Below the pieces are notes generated by a model that saw only the letters and a program-made list of their open reading frames with translations, searched no databases and was not told where the DNA came from. Made by a program: the position numbers and the translations under genes. From Nitrospirales bacterium (GTDB lineage Bacteria; Nitrospirota; Nitrospiria; Nitrospirales; UBA8639): a stretch of DNA of 64,000 bases. The DNA is taken from assembly GCA_963422365.1 (NCBI GenBank), contig OY729426.1, forward strand, positions 416,001-480,000, written 5' to 3'. Below are positions 19,699 to 30,283 of the stretch, one piece after another; within the stretch, counting starts at the first letter, position 1; the number at the start of each line of letters is the position of its first letter.

Positions 19699-20949
19699 TT
19701 ATCGATCACATTCTCCCATCACGATGTCGTACGATCCGAAGATCGTGACCGCATCGGCGATCATGTATCCTTTGGCCATATAATCAAACGCGCCCATATG
19801 GATAAAGGACGGGGACCGTATCTTCAAGCGATACGGGTTCCCGCCTCCCGTGCTCACGATATAAAACCCCAGTTCACCTTTATGCGCTTCCGTTCCACAA
19901 TAAATTTCCCCGGGTGGCGCATCGAACCCTTGCGAAAACAGTTTGAACTGCTGAATCATCGATTCGAGATTGGTAAACACCCGGTTCTTGGGCGGCAGCG
20001 TGACGCTGGGCACGTCAGCCATCACAGGCCCCTCCTTCGGCATGTGCTCCATGCACTGACGAACGATCTTGATGCTCTCGCGCATTTCTTCAATGCGGAC
20101 CCAATACCGATCATACGTGTCACCATTTTTGCCGACCGGCACGCTGAACTCGCACTTGGGGTAGGCCCCATACGACTCGTATTTGCGTAAGTCATAATCG
20201 ACGCCGGAACCCCGTAGCGTCGGCCCACTCAACCCATAACCCAACGCATCCTCAGCCGAGATGACCGCCACGCCCACGGTCCGAGCCAACCAAATACGGT
20301 TTTTTTCCAGGAACACCACATATTCATCAATCTTGGCAGGAAAGTACGCAAGAAAGTCCCGAATCTTGGTCTCCAGTGAGGGGGTAAAATCCCGTTCCAC
20401 GCCGCCGATACGATACCAACTGGTCGTCAGCCGCGCCCCGCACAGTTCATCGAACCAGTCAAGCAGAATCTCGCGGTCACGGAACGTGTAGAAAAACACG
20501 GTCATCGCACCAATATCGAGCGCCTGCGTCCCCAACCAAAACAAATGCCCGATAATCCGCTGGATTTCCGCCACAATGGTGCGTAAATAGTCCGCCCGCT
20601 CGGGCACGGTCACGTTCATCAGTTTCTCAACGGCCCGACAATACGCAAAGTTGTTGTACATCGCGCAGACGTAGTCGAGACGATCCGTATGAGGAATAAA
20701 TTGATGATACGTCCCATGTTCGGCGAGTTTTTCCACGCCCCGATGGAGAAAGCCCATCACAACCGTGGATTTCGTAATCCGCTCTCCTTCAAGATCAAGA
20801 ATCACTTTCAGCACGCCATGCGTCGCAGGATGCTGCGGCCCCATGTTCAACAGCAATTCCTCGGTCCGGAGGATCGGAAGATTCTTGGTCTCCGGATGCG
20901 CCGGATCGACTTTATAGACGGTTTCGCGTTGGTCCTGTAAGTGCGCCAT
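19699..20949 (-). CDS. nuoD: NADH-quinone oxidoreductase subunit D
   Basis: 'NMGPQHPATHGVL', 'GFLHRGVEK', 'DRLDY' and C-terminal 'DIVMGECDR'. Confidence 0.97.
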   Translation of the reverse strand: MAHLQDQRETVYKVDPAHPETKNLPILRTEELLLNMGPQHPATHGVLKVILDLEGERITKSTVVMGFLHRGVEKLAEHGTYHQFIPHTDRLDYVCAMYNNFAYCRAVEKLMNVTVPERADYLRTIVAEIQRIIGHLFWLGTQALDIGAMTVFFYTFRDREILLDWFDELCGARLTTSWYRIGGVERDFTPSLETKIRDFLAYFPAKIDEYVVFLEKNRIWLARTVGVAVISAEDALGYGLSGPTLRGSGVDYDLRKYESYGAYPKCEFSVPVGKNGDTYDRYWVRIEEMRESIKIVRQCMEHMPKEGPVMADVPSVTLPPKNRVFTNLESMIQQFKLFSQGFDAPPGEIYCGTEAHKGELGFYIVSTGGGNPYRLKIRSPSFIHMGAFDYMAKGYMIADAVTIFGSYDIVMGECDR

Positions 20950-20984
20950 GGTTGCACTTGCTCTCGAAGGATGCCGCCTACTCG

Positions 20985-21485
20985 TCAGGAGGCTGTGCCT
21001 TCATTCAGAAAATCAAACGTATCGCGCCATCCCTTCCCTTGCAGCGGGAAATCTTTTCGCAGCGGATAACCTTCGGGAAAGTCATCCGGCATCAAAATCC
21101 GCCGCATGTCCGGGTGGTTGTTGAAACGAATGCCCATCATGTCAAACACTTCCCGCTCCATAAATTCCGCACCCGGCCAAATATCCGTCAACGAATCAAC
21201 AGAACAATCGTGTTCCGGAACCCGTGCTTTCACGCGAAGGCGATGGCGATGGCGAATGGAATAGACTTCATAGACGACTTCAAAGCGCTCGTCTTCATCC
21301 GGCCAATCCACTGAGCTGACATGCACGATATAATCGCAATCCATGGACGGATCATCCTTCAGGAACCGGCAGATCGCATGTAAGGCTTCGCGTTTCACCG
21401 TCACGGCCAGATCGCCTCGCCATTCTTGGGCATTCACGAACCCGTCGGAAAAGCGGGCTTGGATTGTTTCAGCAAGGGGAGGCAT
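20985..21485 (-). CDS. nuoC: NADH-quinone oxidoreductase subunit C
   Basis: 'RFEVVY' and 'EREVFDMMGIRFNNHPDMRRILM..GYPLRKDFP'. Confidence 0.95.
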   Translation of the reverse strand: MPPLAETIQARFSDGFVNAQEWRGDLAVTVKREALHAICRFLKDDPSMDCDYIVHVSSVDWPDEDERFEVVYEVYSIRHRHRLRVKARVPEHDCSVDSLTDIWPGAEFMEREVFDMMGIRFNNHPDMRRILMPDDFPEGYPLRKDFPLQGKGWRDTFDFLNEGTAS

Positions 21486-22021
21486 TATCCGATTAGCTTC
21501 TCCTTGGGCCTGACCTGCTCGGGCTGTTTGGTAAAAACCCGCTTCTGCATGATCTGATCCTGCAGTTTGAAAATCCCATCGAATAAGGCTTCGGGGGTCG
21601 GCGGACACCCAGGCACATAAATATCAACCGGAACAAATCGATCCACGCCTTGGACCACACTATAGCTATCGTAAATATTACCGGACGTCGCGCAGGACCC
21701 CATGGAAATGACATATTTCGGTTCCGGCATCTGGTCGTAGATTTTTCGAATGACCGGAGCCATACGCCGACACACCGTCCCCGCCACAATCATCAAATCG
21801 GATTGACGCGGAGAACCACGAAACACGCCGGCCCCGTACCGATCGATATCATACCGGGAGGATACCGCGGCAATCATCTCGATCGCGCAGCAAGCCAACC
21901 CGAACGTCATCGGCCAAAGCGATCCTTTCCGCGCCCAATTTGCGGCTTTTTCCAGAGACAGCGTGATGATCCCGATGTCGCCGTCTTTCTCATGCCTGTT
22001 CCCTATTTGTATCAGTCCCAT
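21485..22021 (-). CDS. nuoB: NADH-quinone oxidoreductase subunit B
   Basis: '[10 protein letters not shown]', 'SPRQSD', 'MGSCA' and 'YVPGCPP'. Confidence 0.97.
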   Translation of the reverse strand: MGLIQIGNRHEKDGDIGIITLSLEKAANWARKGSLWPMTFGLACCAIEMIAAVSSRYDIDRYGAGVFRGSPRQSDLMIVAGTVCRRMAPVIRKIYDQMPEPKYVISMGSCATSGNIYDSYSVVQGVDRFVPVDIYVPGCPPTPEALFDGIFKLQDQIMQKRVFTKQPEQVRPKEKLIG

Positions 22022-22034
22022 GGATTCCTCGTTT

Positions 22035-22421
22035 CTAGTCCCACTCCAACGCGCCTTTTCTCCACGCATACACATACGCCACCACGAACAGCCCGATAAA
22101 AATCATCATTTCAATGAGGCCGATCACGCCAAGTTGGTCAAAGGTGACGGCCCAGGGATAGAGAAAAATGACTTCAATATCAAAAATAACAAACAGCATC
22201 GCGATGACATAATACCGGACGGGGAACGGGATACGAGAATCAGAAAACGGCTCACTGCCACATTCATAGACGCTTAATTTTTCAGCTTCCGGGTATTTCG
22301 GTTGGACAAGATAACTCAGGACAAGCGTCACCAGACCGAATCCCAACGCCAGTATCATAAACACGACAATTGGCGAATATTTTGCCAAATAGTCTAACAA
22401 CAGATCGAACTCACTGGCCAT
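22035..22421 (-). CDS. nuoA: NADH-quinone oxidoreductase subunit A
   Basis: 'YECG', '[15 protein letters not shown]' and 'KGALEW'. Confidence 0.96.
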   Translation of the reverse strand: MASEFDLLLDYLAKYSPIVVFMILALGFGLVTLVLSYLVQPKYPEAEKLSVYECGSEPFSDSRIPFPVRYYVIAMLFVIFDIEVIFLYPWAVTFDQLGVIGLIEMMIFIGLFVVAYVYAWRKGALEWD

Positions 22422-22794
22422 GAAAATTTGACCTCGCAAAAGCTGTTCCCCGACATCTTGGATCGGGGGCCAAAAACTTCAATCTTTTCGCAGGAGTTTG
22501 CATCGTAGCACCCTGTTTTCTGACGAATCAAGAGGACAAAAGACCTACCATCCCATTAGCAAAAGCCCCAAGGCCCTGCCCTGTTTTCTCTCGTCCGGCC
22601 TTCCCATGCCTCAGAGAGGCGCCGGCCTACGCTCGAACTACCCCTCTTGGTGGTTTTCAGCAGTCACTCGCCGGCGCGTTGGAAGCAATCCCGGGAGCGA
22701 GAGAGTGAGAAGGAGGACATACGGAATTCAGTTCGTCTGGACATGGGATCAATCTGTTGGTTGGCACGCGTACCGGAATACGGTCCATTACCTT

Positions 22795-23074
22795 ATGACC
22801 CTGATGCTCCGACATCGCGGGCTCAAGCGATTTGTATGAACGCGGAGGTCCGAGCAGCGTGCGTGCCGATCAGGCGGAACGCATTGCACTCGCTTGGGCT
22901 GATCTCGACGACGCCGGCAAGCCCTTGGACCTCGATTTGCCTAGATATCGGCTTCACCGGCTGAAGGGCAAGCTGAAGGGAGTTTGGAGCATCTCGATTT
23001 CCGGAAACTGGCGGCTCATCTTCGGCTTTGAGGAGGGTGATGCGTACGACGTCGACTTGATCGACTCTCACTAG
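22795..23074 (+). pseudogene. higB: HigB/RelE-family toxin with a +1 frameshift near 22830
   Basis: 'RHRGLKR' in one frame continues as 'LYERG...RLHRLKGKLKGVWSISISGNWRLIFGF' if one T of cgaTTTgtat is removed. Confidence 0.8.
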
Positions 23075-23088
23075 CAGGAGGCAAAAAC

Positions 23089-23391
23089 ATGGCGATGAAA
23101 AATCCACCTCATCCCGGCCGCAGCATCAAGGAAAACGGCTTGGACCCGGTCGGTTTGAACGTTACCGAAGCGGCGAAGGTGTTGGGTGTGGCCCGTCACA
23201 CGCTCTCGCGCGTCTTGCGCGTCTTGAATGGACGCGCGGCTATTTCACCGGAGATGGCTATTCGACTGGAGAAGGCAGGATGGTCCAATGCCGAGTTCTG
23301 GTCGCGCAGGCAGACCACCTACGATCTAGCGCAAGCGCGCAAAGGCGAAGACCGGATCAACGTCGAACCCTGCCAGCCACAGGCGGTTTGA
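23089..23391 (+). CDS. higA: HigA-family antitoxin (HTH) with a 9-bp in-frame duplication
   Basis: 'PPHPG', 'TEAAKVLGV' and 'ISPEMAIRL'. cgcgtcttg is repeated at 23209-23226 (RVL-RVL). Confidence 0.88.
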   Translation: MAMKNPPHPGRSIKENGLDPVGLNVTEAAKVLGVARHTLSRVLRVLNGRAAISPEMAIRLEKAGWSNAEFWSRRQTTYDLAQARKGEDRINVEPCQPQAV

Positions 23392-24805
23392 TGAAACGAA
23401 AATTGCACGCGGCAACGTGGTCATGTTTGCAGCGTTAGGTCCGCCTGAACTGTCATTCGGTTTATTGCTTGGTGGGCCAGATCGGTTTGGGTGACCAGTG
23501 TCTTCTCTGACGGACCTATCAGCAAGATCCAGGGGCATTTTCACCTAAGAGGGTCTCCTTCGTCATCGAACCGCCCGAAGAATTCGATCCGCTTCAGGCG
23601 ACTCAAGCCAGAATATCTCGACTGGATGAAAGATTTTGCGGAAAGGGCAAACCAAGTAAAGGTTCGAGGGAAAGAGAGCGGAAAACCTTTGGATCGAAGC
23701 GATTGACTGGGAGCCGTGATCCGTTGCGCAAAATCGATCGGCGATCTCGGCATGAATCAGACTGCAGCGAGATACAGAAAAGAGCGCACCCCGGGTACCG
23801 ACTCTACACTAACAGAGATACCAGAGGAAGATGGCGCGGTCATCTTCGAGATGAGTAAGCAGGATCGAATCACAACGTCCTGGGATTGGGGGAAATCCAC
23901 TTGCCGGAGCGAGGCGAAGGTCTGTTCCATTCTATGGGGTAAACGTAGAGACGACTGGTTTCGGGAACTAGACAGCGGCAGGCATTCTCCTCCGGTGAAT
24001 GATTTTATAAGAGATGAAATTCGTACGATATTCTATCGACCACCAGAGGAAGTTGCACTCCCGAGAGACTTTAACAAGACAGAGGCTGGTAGAAGAAAAG
24101 AGAGAGCAACGAGGCGAGAGAGAGGCCGTTGCGCTTCAGGAGAAAAGGCATAGGATGATTCGGATACAGGGCATGGAGTAAATGGACTTCATCGAGAATG
24201 GCTTGGCCTGGCAACCTGAAATACATGGGAGCAGACGATGGACAAAGTCGGGTGAAGATGCGGTCGTCGGAGCCAACCGTGGAGAAAAGCCTTGGTCGCA
24301 CCTCGCCAACATGAAGGAACTTCGCTTCTTGACACCGATGTAAGCTCCGCCTGAGCACCCAGGGAGTCGCGGGGGGGCTCCGGCAGGAACCGGACGGACA
24401 TTTCCTCAAATGCATCGAAGAGACAACGTTTCAAAAAGTCAGGGAAAGAATGGGGAAGGGCTCTTTACGATTTCCGCATATCCTGCGGGGACCGTTTCAA
24501 ATTTTTGGGAGGCACCCCTTGAGAACCTTCCCATTCATTCGTCAGGGGAGCGACCGCCTTGGCCTTTTTCCGCCGATGGATTTGGGTTTGAATGCGTCGC
24601 GGCGCTTTTCCGTCAGATGGGTTTTCTCTATCCGGCTGCACGTGATTCATAGATAAACGGTATGGTAGTCGCAGTTGGCGACAGGAAGCAACACAGGCCC
24701 AAGACACCTTCGCCACGACAGTGGCCAAAGAGACGCAGCCAAATGCGGATCAACGGGAGGCGCGATTCGTGAAAAAGCACGGCGGAAACCGTGCGGGGAA
24801 ATTTG

Positions 24806-25027
24806 TCAGGATCGTGGTCGTTTTCCGTTTTTCGCCAAGTCTTTGATGGCAAGCTGCAACTCGGATTGAATCATCCCCTTCAGCGGCTCACGAAAATTTT
24901 TCGTTTTTAAGGACGTCCGTAATTCTTCCTCGGTGACTTCCTGAATGACCGATGCCAGTGTGTTGTGGATCGCAGTCCGAACGCTCTCTCGAATGACGGA
25001 CTTTATTCCGGCGGTTGAACTTGGCAT
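24806..25027 (-). CDS. Small hypothetical helical protein (73 aa)
   Basis: Strong SD (gggagaaggag) before the ATG, and an amphipathic helical composition. Confidence 0.6.
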   Translation of the reverse strand: MPSSTAGIKSVIRESVRTAIHNTLASVIQEVTEEELRTSLKTKNFREPLKGMIQSELQLAIKDLAKNGKRPRS

Positions 25028-25183
25028 TGCTCCTTCTCCCTTCTTTCGTCAAGACACCGGCTTCAAAGGAGTTGAGGCCGTCAGTCTACCCATGGTTGCC
25101 TGACGGCACAAGAAAGCTTTACCGGGTTTTTCGACAAACAGCAAGACGTTCAATACCAAAAAGTCGCAACAACCGACACGGGA

Positions 25184-25735
25184 TTACGGAGAGGGTGCGG
25201 ACCACTGTGGCATACGCGAAGGCTGCTCTTCTAAATGGCTGGTATCATAAATCCGTTCATTTCCGGTGATGCCGTCCTCATCGGGATCCGACCACATCTC
25301 GCCTTTGCCTGTTTCAAATTCCCCATTCCCGTTGCGATCCAACCAATAGAACAACGGAGCCCCGACCGTCACGACGACGGGTGTACCGAATTCATCCAGC
25401 CAGACTTTGTAGGTTCGTCGGGCTGTCATATAGTTCACCACACTATCCCCGTTCATATCAAATTCACGGAAAAACAGGTCATTGCGCCAATCGTAATACG
25501 CCTTGACCTCACGATCGTCAAATTCTTCGGGCTCTTCCGGAAGAGGCGAGAAATCTCGCAAATGCGTTTCCTGAGAAGACTGGGAAGGCGACCGAGAAGG
25601 CGAATGACTCGGGGGCGGGGTCGCATTCAATGAAGGCTCTTGTCCATACACCTGCAAGGTCGGCATTCCCACAGTCTCAAGGAGAGCCCAGATCATCACA
25701 GGGAGCACACCTGTCCATGTTCTCTTTTTAGACAT
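25184..25735 (-). CDS. Exported hypothetical protein with Ca-binding-like DxNGD motifs
   Basis: Hydrophobic N-terminus, P/S-rich linker, then DMNGDS, DRNGNG and DPDEDG motifs. Confidence 0.6.
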   Translation of the reverse strand: MSKKRTWTGVLPVMIWALLETVGMPTLQVYGQEPSLNATPPPSHSPSRSPSQSSQETHLRDFSPLPEEPEEFDDREVKAYYDWRNDLFFREFDMNGDSVVNYMTARRTYKVWLDEFGTPVVVTVGAPLFYWLDRNGNGEFETGKGEMWSDPDEDGITGNERIYDTSHLEEQPSRMPQWSAPSP

Positions 25736-25940
25736 GACCTGTCACCCGAGTCTAGGCCTCATGAAGCCTGTTCCACATGAGTATTATAATAGAAAAACCG
25801 CAACTCGGCAGGTACAAGGGCCAGACCCACGAGTTCAGTTCACCCTGCCCCCACGGATTCAGACGAGATTCAGGCTTTTGTCTCAGGAACCTGATTCCCT
25901 TCGTTGTGAGGTCATGATTCCTTTGGCACAATAGCCTTGT

Positions 25941-28166
25941 ATGCCCTCATCATATGCCGACGTCGTCTTTCCCCCCAGACTCTCGCAATCCTTTACTTAC
26001 TGTATTCCTCAGTCGTGGAGTTCCATGCCCAAAGTAGGACAATGGGTCCTGGCGCCATTCGGGCCACGTCTCAAGCCGGGGATTATTGTCTCTCTTCGCG
26101 AGAACGCGAAGCAACCTCCTGTCGATCCGAGCCGCATTCGCGAACTCTGTCTCATCACGTCCGCGCACTGGGACCCGAATCCCAATCTCATCGCCTTGGC
26201 GCAATGGATGGCCGACTATTATCTGGCCCCGACAGGAAGCTGTCTGGCACTTGTCCAGCCGCCGAGGCTTCCCTTTCGCCGTCGCACCCGCTGGGCCATT
26301 ACCCCGCAAGGACAACAACGCGTGGAAACCATTCGGCCCGGCACCTCCACGCACAAACTCCTTGCCGCTCTTGCCAAACGTCCCAAAGGCCTGGCGCAAT
26401 CAACCATTGACACGCTTCTGGACAACCCCTCCACAGTGCTGAAAAGGCTCAAACGACACAAATGGATTCAGGACCAGCAAGACTGGACCGAACTGCCGTT
26501 TCAAAGTAGCCCCGCACCCGCATCCCCGGCGAAGGGGGTTCTCGACGTCTCGGATGAAAGTCCCGGCCTTCCCTCATGGTGGAACCGTTTTCAGCAACAC
26601 CTTCAGGCAAAACGATTCAGTGAGGCGCTGACCACTGAATTGGAATTCCCGCATGCTCTGTTAAGCACAGTCATCCGAGAAACGATGGCCCACGCACGCA
26701 TGGTCCTGGTGATTACTCCGAATATCAACCTAGCGGCGCACTTGGTCTCTTATCTTCAGCACTCAGTGAAACGTCCGATAGGAGAGTTTCACAGCGGCCT
26801 TTCGGAAAAACAGCGTTTTCAACAATGGCAAGCCATCAAACAGGGGCTCTATCCCGTGGTCGTGGGGACCAGATCTGCGCTTTTCCTTCCTCTCCCTGCT
26901 CTAGGCTGCGTGTGGCTCGAACATGAAGGGGATCGTGCCTATAAAGAAGATCCCAGTCCACACTATTATGCTCGGGAGGTCGCACGAAAACGAGCCGCGT
27001 TGGACAACGCCGTGCTCGTACTTCATACTCCTTACCCCACACTTGAAACCGTCCATCACTTTGCGAACCACGACGAGTCTTCGCAGTCTCTCCCTAGCCG
27101 GACGAATGCGATTCAGATGGTCAGCCTTCACGATACCGCTTTCGGCACGATTTTCTCCGATGCCTTGCAGCACGGCATCCAGCAGGCCCTGGCCCAAGGT
27201 GGCGGGGCCATTGTCTATCACAATCGCAAAGGGTTTTCCTCGTCCCTCACCTGTCGGGATTGTGGAACGGCACCACAATGCCTGCGCTGCCGGATTTCGT
27301 TGAGTCTCCGACCCTCACAACTGCAATGCTCCTATTGTGGGCAGGCCGAGCCCATGCCGGCCACGTGTCCATCCTGTTCCGGCATTCATCTAGAGCCGGT
27401 TGGATTCGGCACCGAACGCCTTGAAAAAGAATTGCGACGTCTGTACCCCCAGGCAACCATCGGACGCTGTGACGGAAACACGATCAAGAGCGAATCCACT
27501 GCACGCCACATCCGAGAGCAATTTTCCCAAAGGAAGATCCAGATTGTCGTTGGGACACAAATGCTCTTTCAGTCCTCACCCTTCACGCCGGTGAGATGCG
27601 TCGGCATCCCCTATGCGGACGCAGGCCTTCACGTTCCGGACTTTCGATCGTCTGAACGCGTGTTTCACCATGTCCAACAGGCCGTCGATCTGCTAACTCC
27701 CGGCCTCTCCGGATCCGCGATTATTCAAACACGGCTGCCTTCCCACCCGGTGATGCATGCCATCGGCCAACAACAACCCAAGCTCTTCTATGACCACGAA
27801 TTGGCCTTTCGCCAACTGGCGGGGTACCCACCCTTTGGACATCTCATTCAGTTGCACGTCTCGGGCCAAAAGGCAACGGAAACCGAGGAGGCTGCAAAAA
27901 CATGGCGGGAGCACCTCACAAGACAGCTCGCACACATGATCGCAAGAGGAGAGATGCAACGACATGAACAGGACGCCATCCTGGGCCCCCTTGCCTCCCA
28001 TGGGCCCAAAACGCGAGGACTGTCCCGCTATCATCTGTTGGTCAAATTCAAAGACGGGATCGCCGCCAGAAACCTCGTGCGACAGACGCTGGATCGGATG
28101 ACCAAGGAAGAACCCTCTCGACGCATGAAATTTGGGGTGAACGTGGATCCACTTGACGTGATCTAG
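25941..28166 (+). CDS. priA: Primosomal protein N' (PriA) with degenerate helicase motifs
   Basis: 3'-DNA-binding N-domain ('FTY','APFG'), 'HSGLS', 'VVGTRSALF', 'NRKGF', four CxxC pairs, 'GFGTERL', 'PDFRSSER', 'YPPF' and 'VDP'. Confidence 0.92.
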   Translation: MPSSYADVVFPPRLSQSFTYCIPQSWSSMPKVGQWVLAPFGPRLKPGIIVSLRENAKQPPVDPSRIRELCLITSAHWDPNPNLIALAQWMADYYLAPTGSCLALVQPPRLPFRRRTRWAITPQGQQRVETIRPGTSTHKLLAALAKRPKGLAQSTIDTLLDNPSTVLKRLKRHKWIQDQQDWTELPFQSSPAPASPAKGVLDVSDESPGLPSWWNRFQQHLQAKRFSEALTTELEFPHALLSTVIRETMAHARMVLVITPNINLAAHLVSYLQHSVKRPIGEFHSGLSEKQRFQQWQAIKQGLYPVVVGTRSALFLPLPALGCVWLEHEGDRAYKEDPSPHYYAREVARKRAALDNAVLVLHTPYPTLETVHHFANHDESSQSLPSRTNAIQMVSLHDTAFGTIFSDALQHGIQQALAQGGGAIVYHNRKGFSSSLTCRDCGTAPQCLRCRISLSLRPSQLQCSYCGQAEPMPATCPSCSGIHLEPVGFGTERLEKELRRLYPQATIGRCDGNTIKSESTARHIREQFSQRKIQIVVGTQMLFQSSPFTPVRCVGIPYADAGLHVPDFRSSERVFHHVQQAVDLLTPGLSGSAIIQTRLPSHPVMHAIGQQQPKLFYDHELAFRQLAGYPPFGHLIQLHVSGQKATETEEAAKTWREHLTRQLAHMIARGEMQRHEQDAILGPLASHGPKTRGLSRYHLLVKFKDGIAARNLVRQTLDRMTKEEPSRRMKFGVNVDPLDVI

Positions 28167-28304
28167 CAGGAGGATTGTTACGTGCTACGAAAGATACGCT
28201 CGACAAGCACAAAATCTTCATCCGTCATCATGCGCCCGGTTCGGGCGCATGATGGTCGAGAAATCCGGCCACGCTTGCTCCTGTTGTCGGTTTAACCGAT
28301 GATC

Positions 28305-28563
28305 TAAGTATTATGGATGGAACGAAAGTCAATACAACCTGTTGACTTCGTAACGAATTTCATGTTCTGGCTGTTGATATTTTTGCCTTCGAAAAGAAAT
28401 GGAAATTCGTTTTGCAAAAAAACAGCGACCTGCCGTCTTCCAACTACGCCATACTGAATATCAACGAAGTCAGTTACGTGCTACTCTCGTCACCGTTCAT
28501 TGGCCGCCCAAGACGCCGTTCGATGAGGAACCCTTTACTTTGATGAACGAGAGGCTTTCGTAA
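28305..28563 (+). pseudogene. Fragmentary coding remnant converging on the methyltransferase remnant (possible cognate nuclease C-terminus)
   Basis: Short protein-like segments (FEKKWKFVLQKNSDLP; QRSQLRATLVTVHWPP...EPFTLMNE) interrupted by stops and frameshifts. Confidence 0.3.
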
Positions 28564-29110
28564 ACCGCATCTGCGACGCTTTCTTGCCTCTTTTTGCAAA
28601 GACAAGGAAGTATGAATGGTTCTTTCTGGCATGCATCTGATTGATAATCCTGCTCATTCCGGGTTTATTCGGGAGAACAACGATAAACAAATCTTTGCAG
28701 AAGAATCCGATGGTGTCGTATGAGTTGATGATTTCCATAACCCGCCTTCGTGGTCTTCCCTTTCCTGTAAAACCCTTCCATGTAGGGTGGATCGAAGATT
28801 GTCACATCAAATGAATTATTTTGTAAGGGAGGTTTCGGCAGTCTATGCCTTCCGCAATATCGGACGGGGAAAAATCGTAGTTACTCGTATCGATATTTCT
28901 CCAAAAGACTCCTTTGCCATACGCCACATCCGCAATGTTTGCTCCATTTGTAACATGAAGCTTTAACGCCTTTGGGAACACGTCTGCATTCGTTCCGACA
29001 TACGCAGAGAAGATAAGATCTGATGTTGCTACGCCATTGGGTCTTCTTCCTGAAGGCGCATGCTGTCTCGTTAAGTCAAAAAACATTTCAACGTGTTTCG
29101 TCTTCATCAC
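28535..29110 (-). pseudogene. Amino-(N4C/N6A) DNA methyltransferase remnant
   Basis: Motif I-like 'IADVAYGKGVFW', 'DCRNLPY', then a frameshift to '[10 protein letters not shown]' (about 28770-28799) and C-terminal '[12 protein letters not shown]'. Confidence 0.7.
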
Positions 29111-29241
29111 TCCTCGATATTTCCAAATTTCTCTTCCAGAAGTTCCCTTATCGCCTCTGCCATCTTCATACCTGGTCTTGCACACCCTACCTTGATATTG
29201 GCATGAAGAGAAGCTGGAACGTCAATGGTGAGACGTTTCAT
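29107..29241 (-). CDS. ParG-like ribbon-helix-helix protein (possibly a remnant)
   Basis: 'MKRLTIDVPASLHANIKVGCA..GMKMAEAIRELL' fits an RHH pattern. Confidence 0.6.
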   Translation of the reverse strand: MKRLTIDVPASLHANIKVGCARPGMKMAEAIRELLEEKFGNIEE

Positions 29242-29300
29242 TTCAGTCGCCGTTATTCCGAACAGAGGGGACGGCTCACGCACCACCCATCCCCGATTAC

Positions 29301-29338
29301 CAATGTCGGGGACAGGGTTCAATGTCGGGGACAGGGTT
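29301..29338. repeat. Perfect 19-bp tandem duplication CAATGTCGGGGACAGGGTT x2
   Basis: Read directly at 29301-29319 and 29320-29338. Confidence 0.95.
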
Positions 29339-29424
29339 GCGAGATGTGTTTACTGAATCGTATTTCATGATTTACGATTTTACAGAAACTAGCCTCCTCA
29401 AATAAGATGTTTCGCGAAAGTTCT

Positions 29425-29853
29425 TTACCGTTGCTTCTTTCGCTTGGCTTTGGCCTGATTCGGCGTTAATGGAGAATCGGACTCTTGTGGTGGGGATTGG
29501 GTTCGACGGTAAAGCCCATACGCAAAGGTCAGCCAGAAAATCCCTGAAAACACCCCGAACAGCACCGCCGTAAAAACATGGCTCATCTCTTCGATCGGAG
29601 GGTCGGGACCGAATTGCCGGAGTTCGCCTAGCATGAGAAAGGGCCACGCCAGACTTTCAAGCCCCAACAGCAAGGTGGCCCACATCCAGACGTGAGCCAC
29701 GCCGGGACAGATTTTCGCCAATACCACCGTGAGCCCCACAACCACCAGCACGGTCACGGCTAAGGAGAGTCCTCCTTGCAGAAGCCACAGCCCTCCAGCC
29801 ACGGCCATGGCGCCGAGCACGGCATTGACTAGCAGCTTGGGATCGTTCGGCAT
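29425..29853 (-). CDS. Hypothetical membrane protein (about 4 TM)
   Basis: Four hydrophobic segments and a basic C-terminal tail. Confidence 0.7.
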   Translation of the reverse strand: MPNDPKLLVNAVLGAMAVAGGLWLLQGGLSLAVTVLVVVGLTVVLAKICPGVAHVWMWATLLLGLESLAWPFLMLGELRQFGPDPPIEEMSHVFTAVLFGVFSGIFWLTFAYGLYRRTQSPPQESDSPLTPNQAKAKRKKQR

Positions 29854-30283
29854 AGCACCACCGTAGCATATTTATTCTATACACGCACAGCACTATGGCA
29901 GTCATGGAAGGACACATAGGGTGGAGCAGCCAGTGAAGACGTTGCGAAACGCCGGATAGCCTTTGTGGCGACTTTTTCTCCGTCTTTTGTCGCTGGGGGA
30001 TCTCATCACGCCCTCTTCCTGGCCGCATAAAGGCATGTCCCTGCCTCTTTACTTGGCGGCAGAAGGCGAGCAGGGGTGTTGCCGCTACAGGGAAAGGCCG
30101 CATGAGATACGGCTCTACAAATACAGAGAAACGACTGTAGCCGCGCGCGCCATGCTCTGAGGCAGAGCCTACCCCATACCCTGATACGGGGGACATGCAC
30201 TATGGCGACTTCCCATACGCTTGATGACGTGCTGCTGTTTCGGGAATGACGCAACCAAGAACATCGAAGGAAGAACGGAACCC

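Noticed and set aside
23400..24700. ORFs 23491-23706, 23716-24153 and neighbours as transposase or other genes
   Set aside because: No recognisable motifs, terminal inverted repeats or convincing RBS. Probably degraded accessory DNA, left unannotated.
29301..29338. 19-bp repeats here and at 49645-49682 as CRISPR repeats
   Set aside because: There are only two adjacent copies, no spacers and no cas genes in the window.
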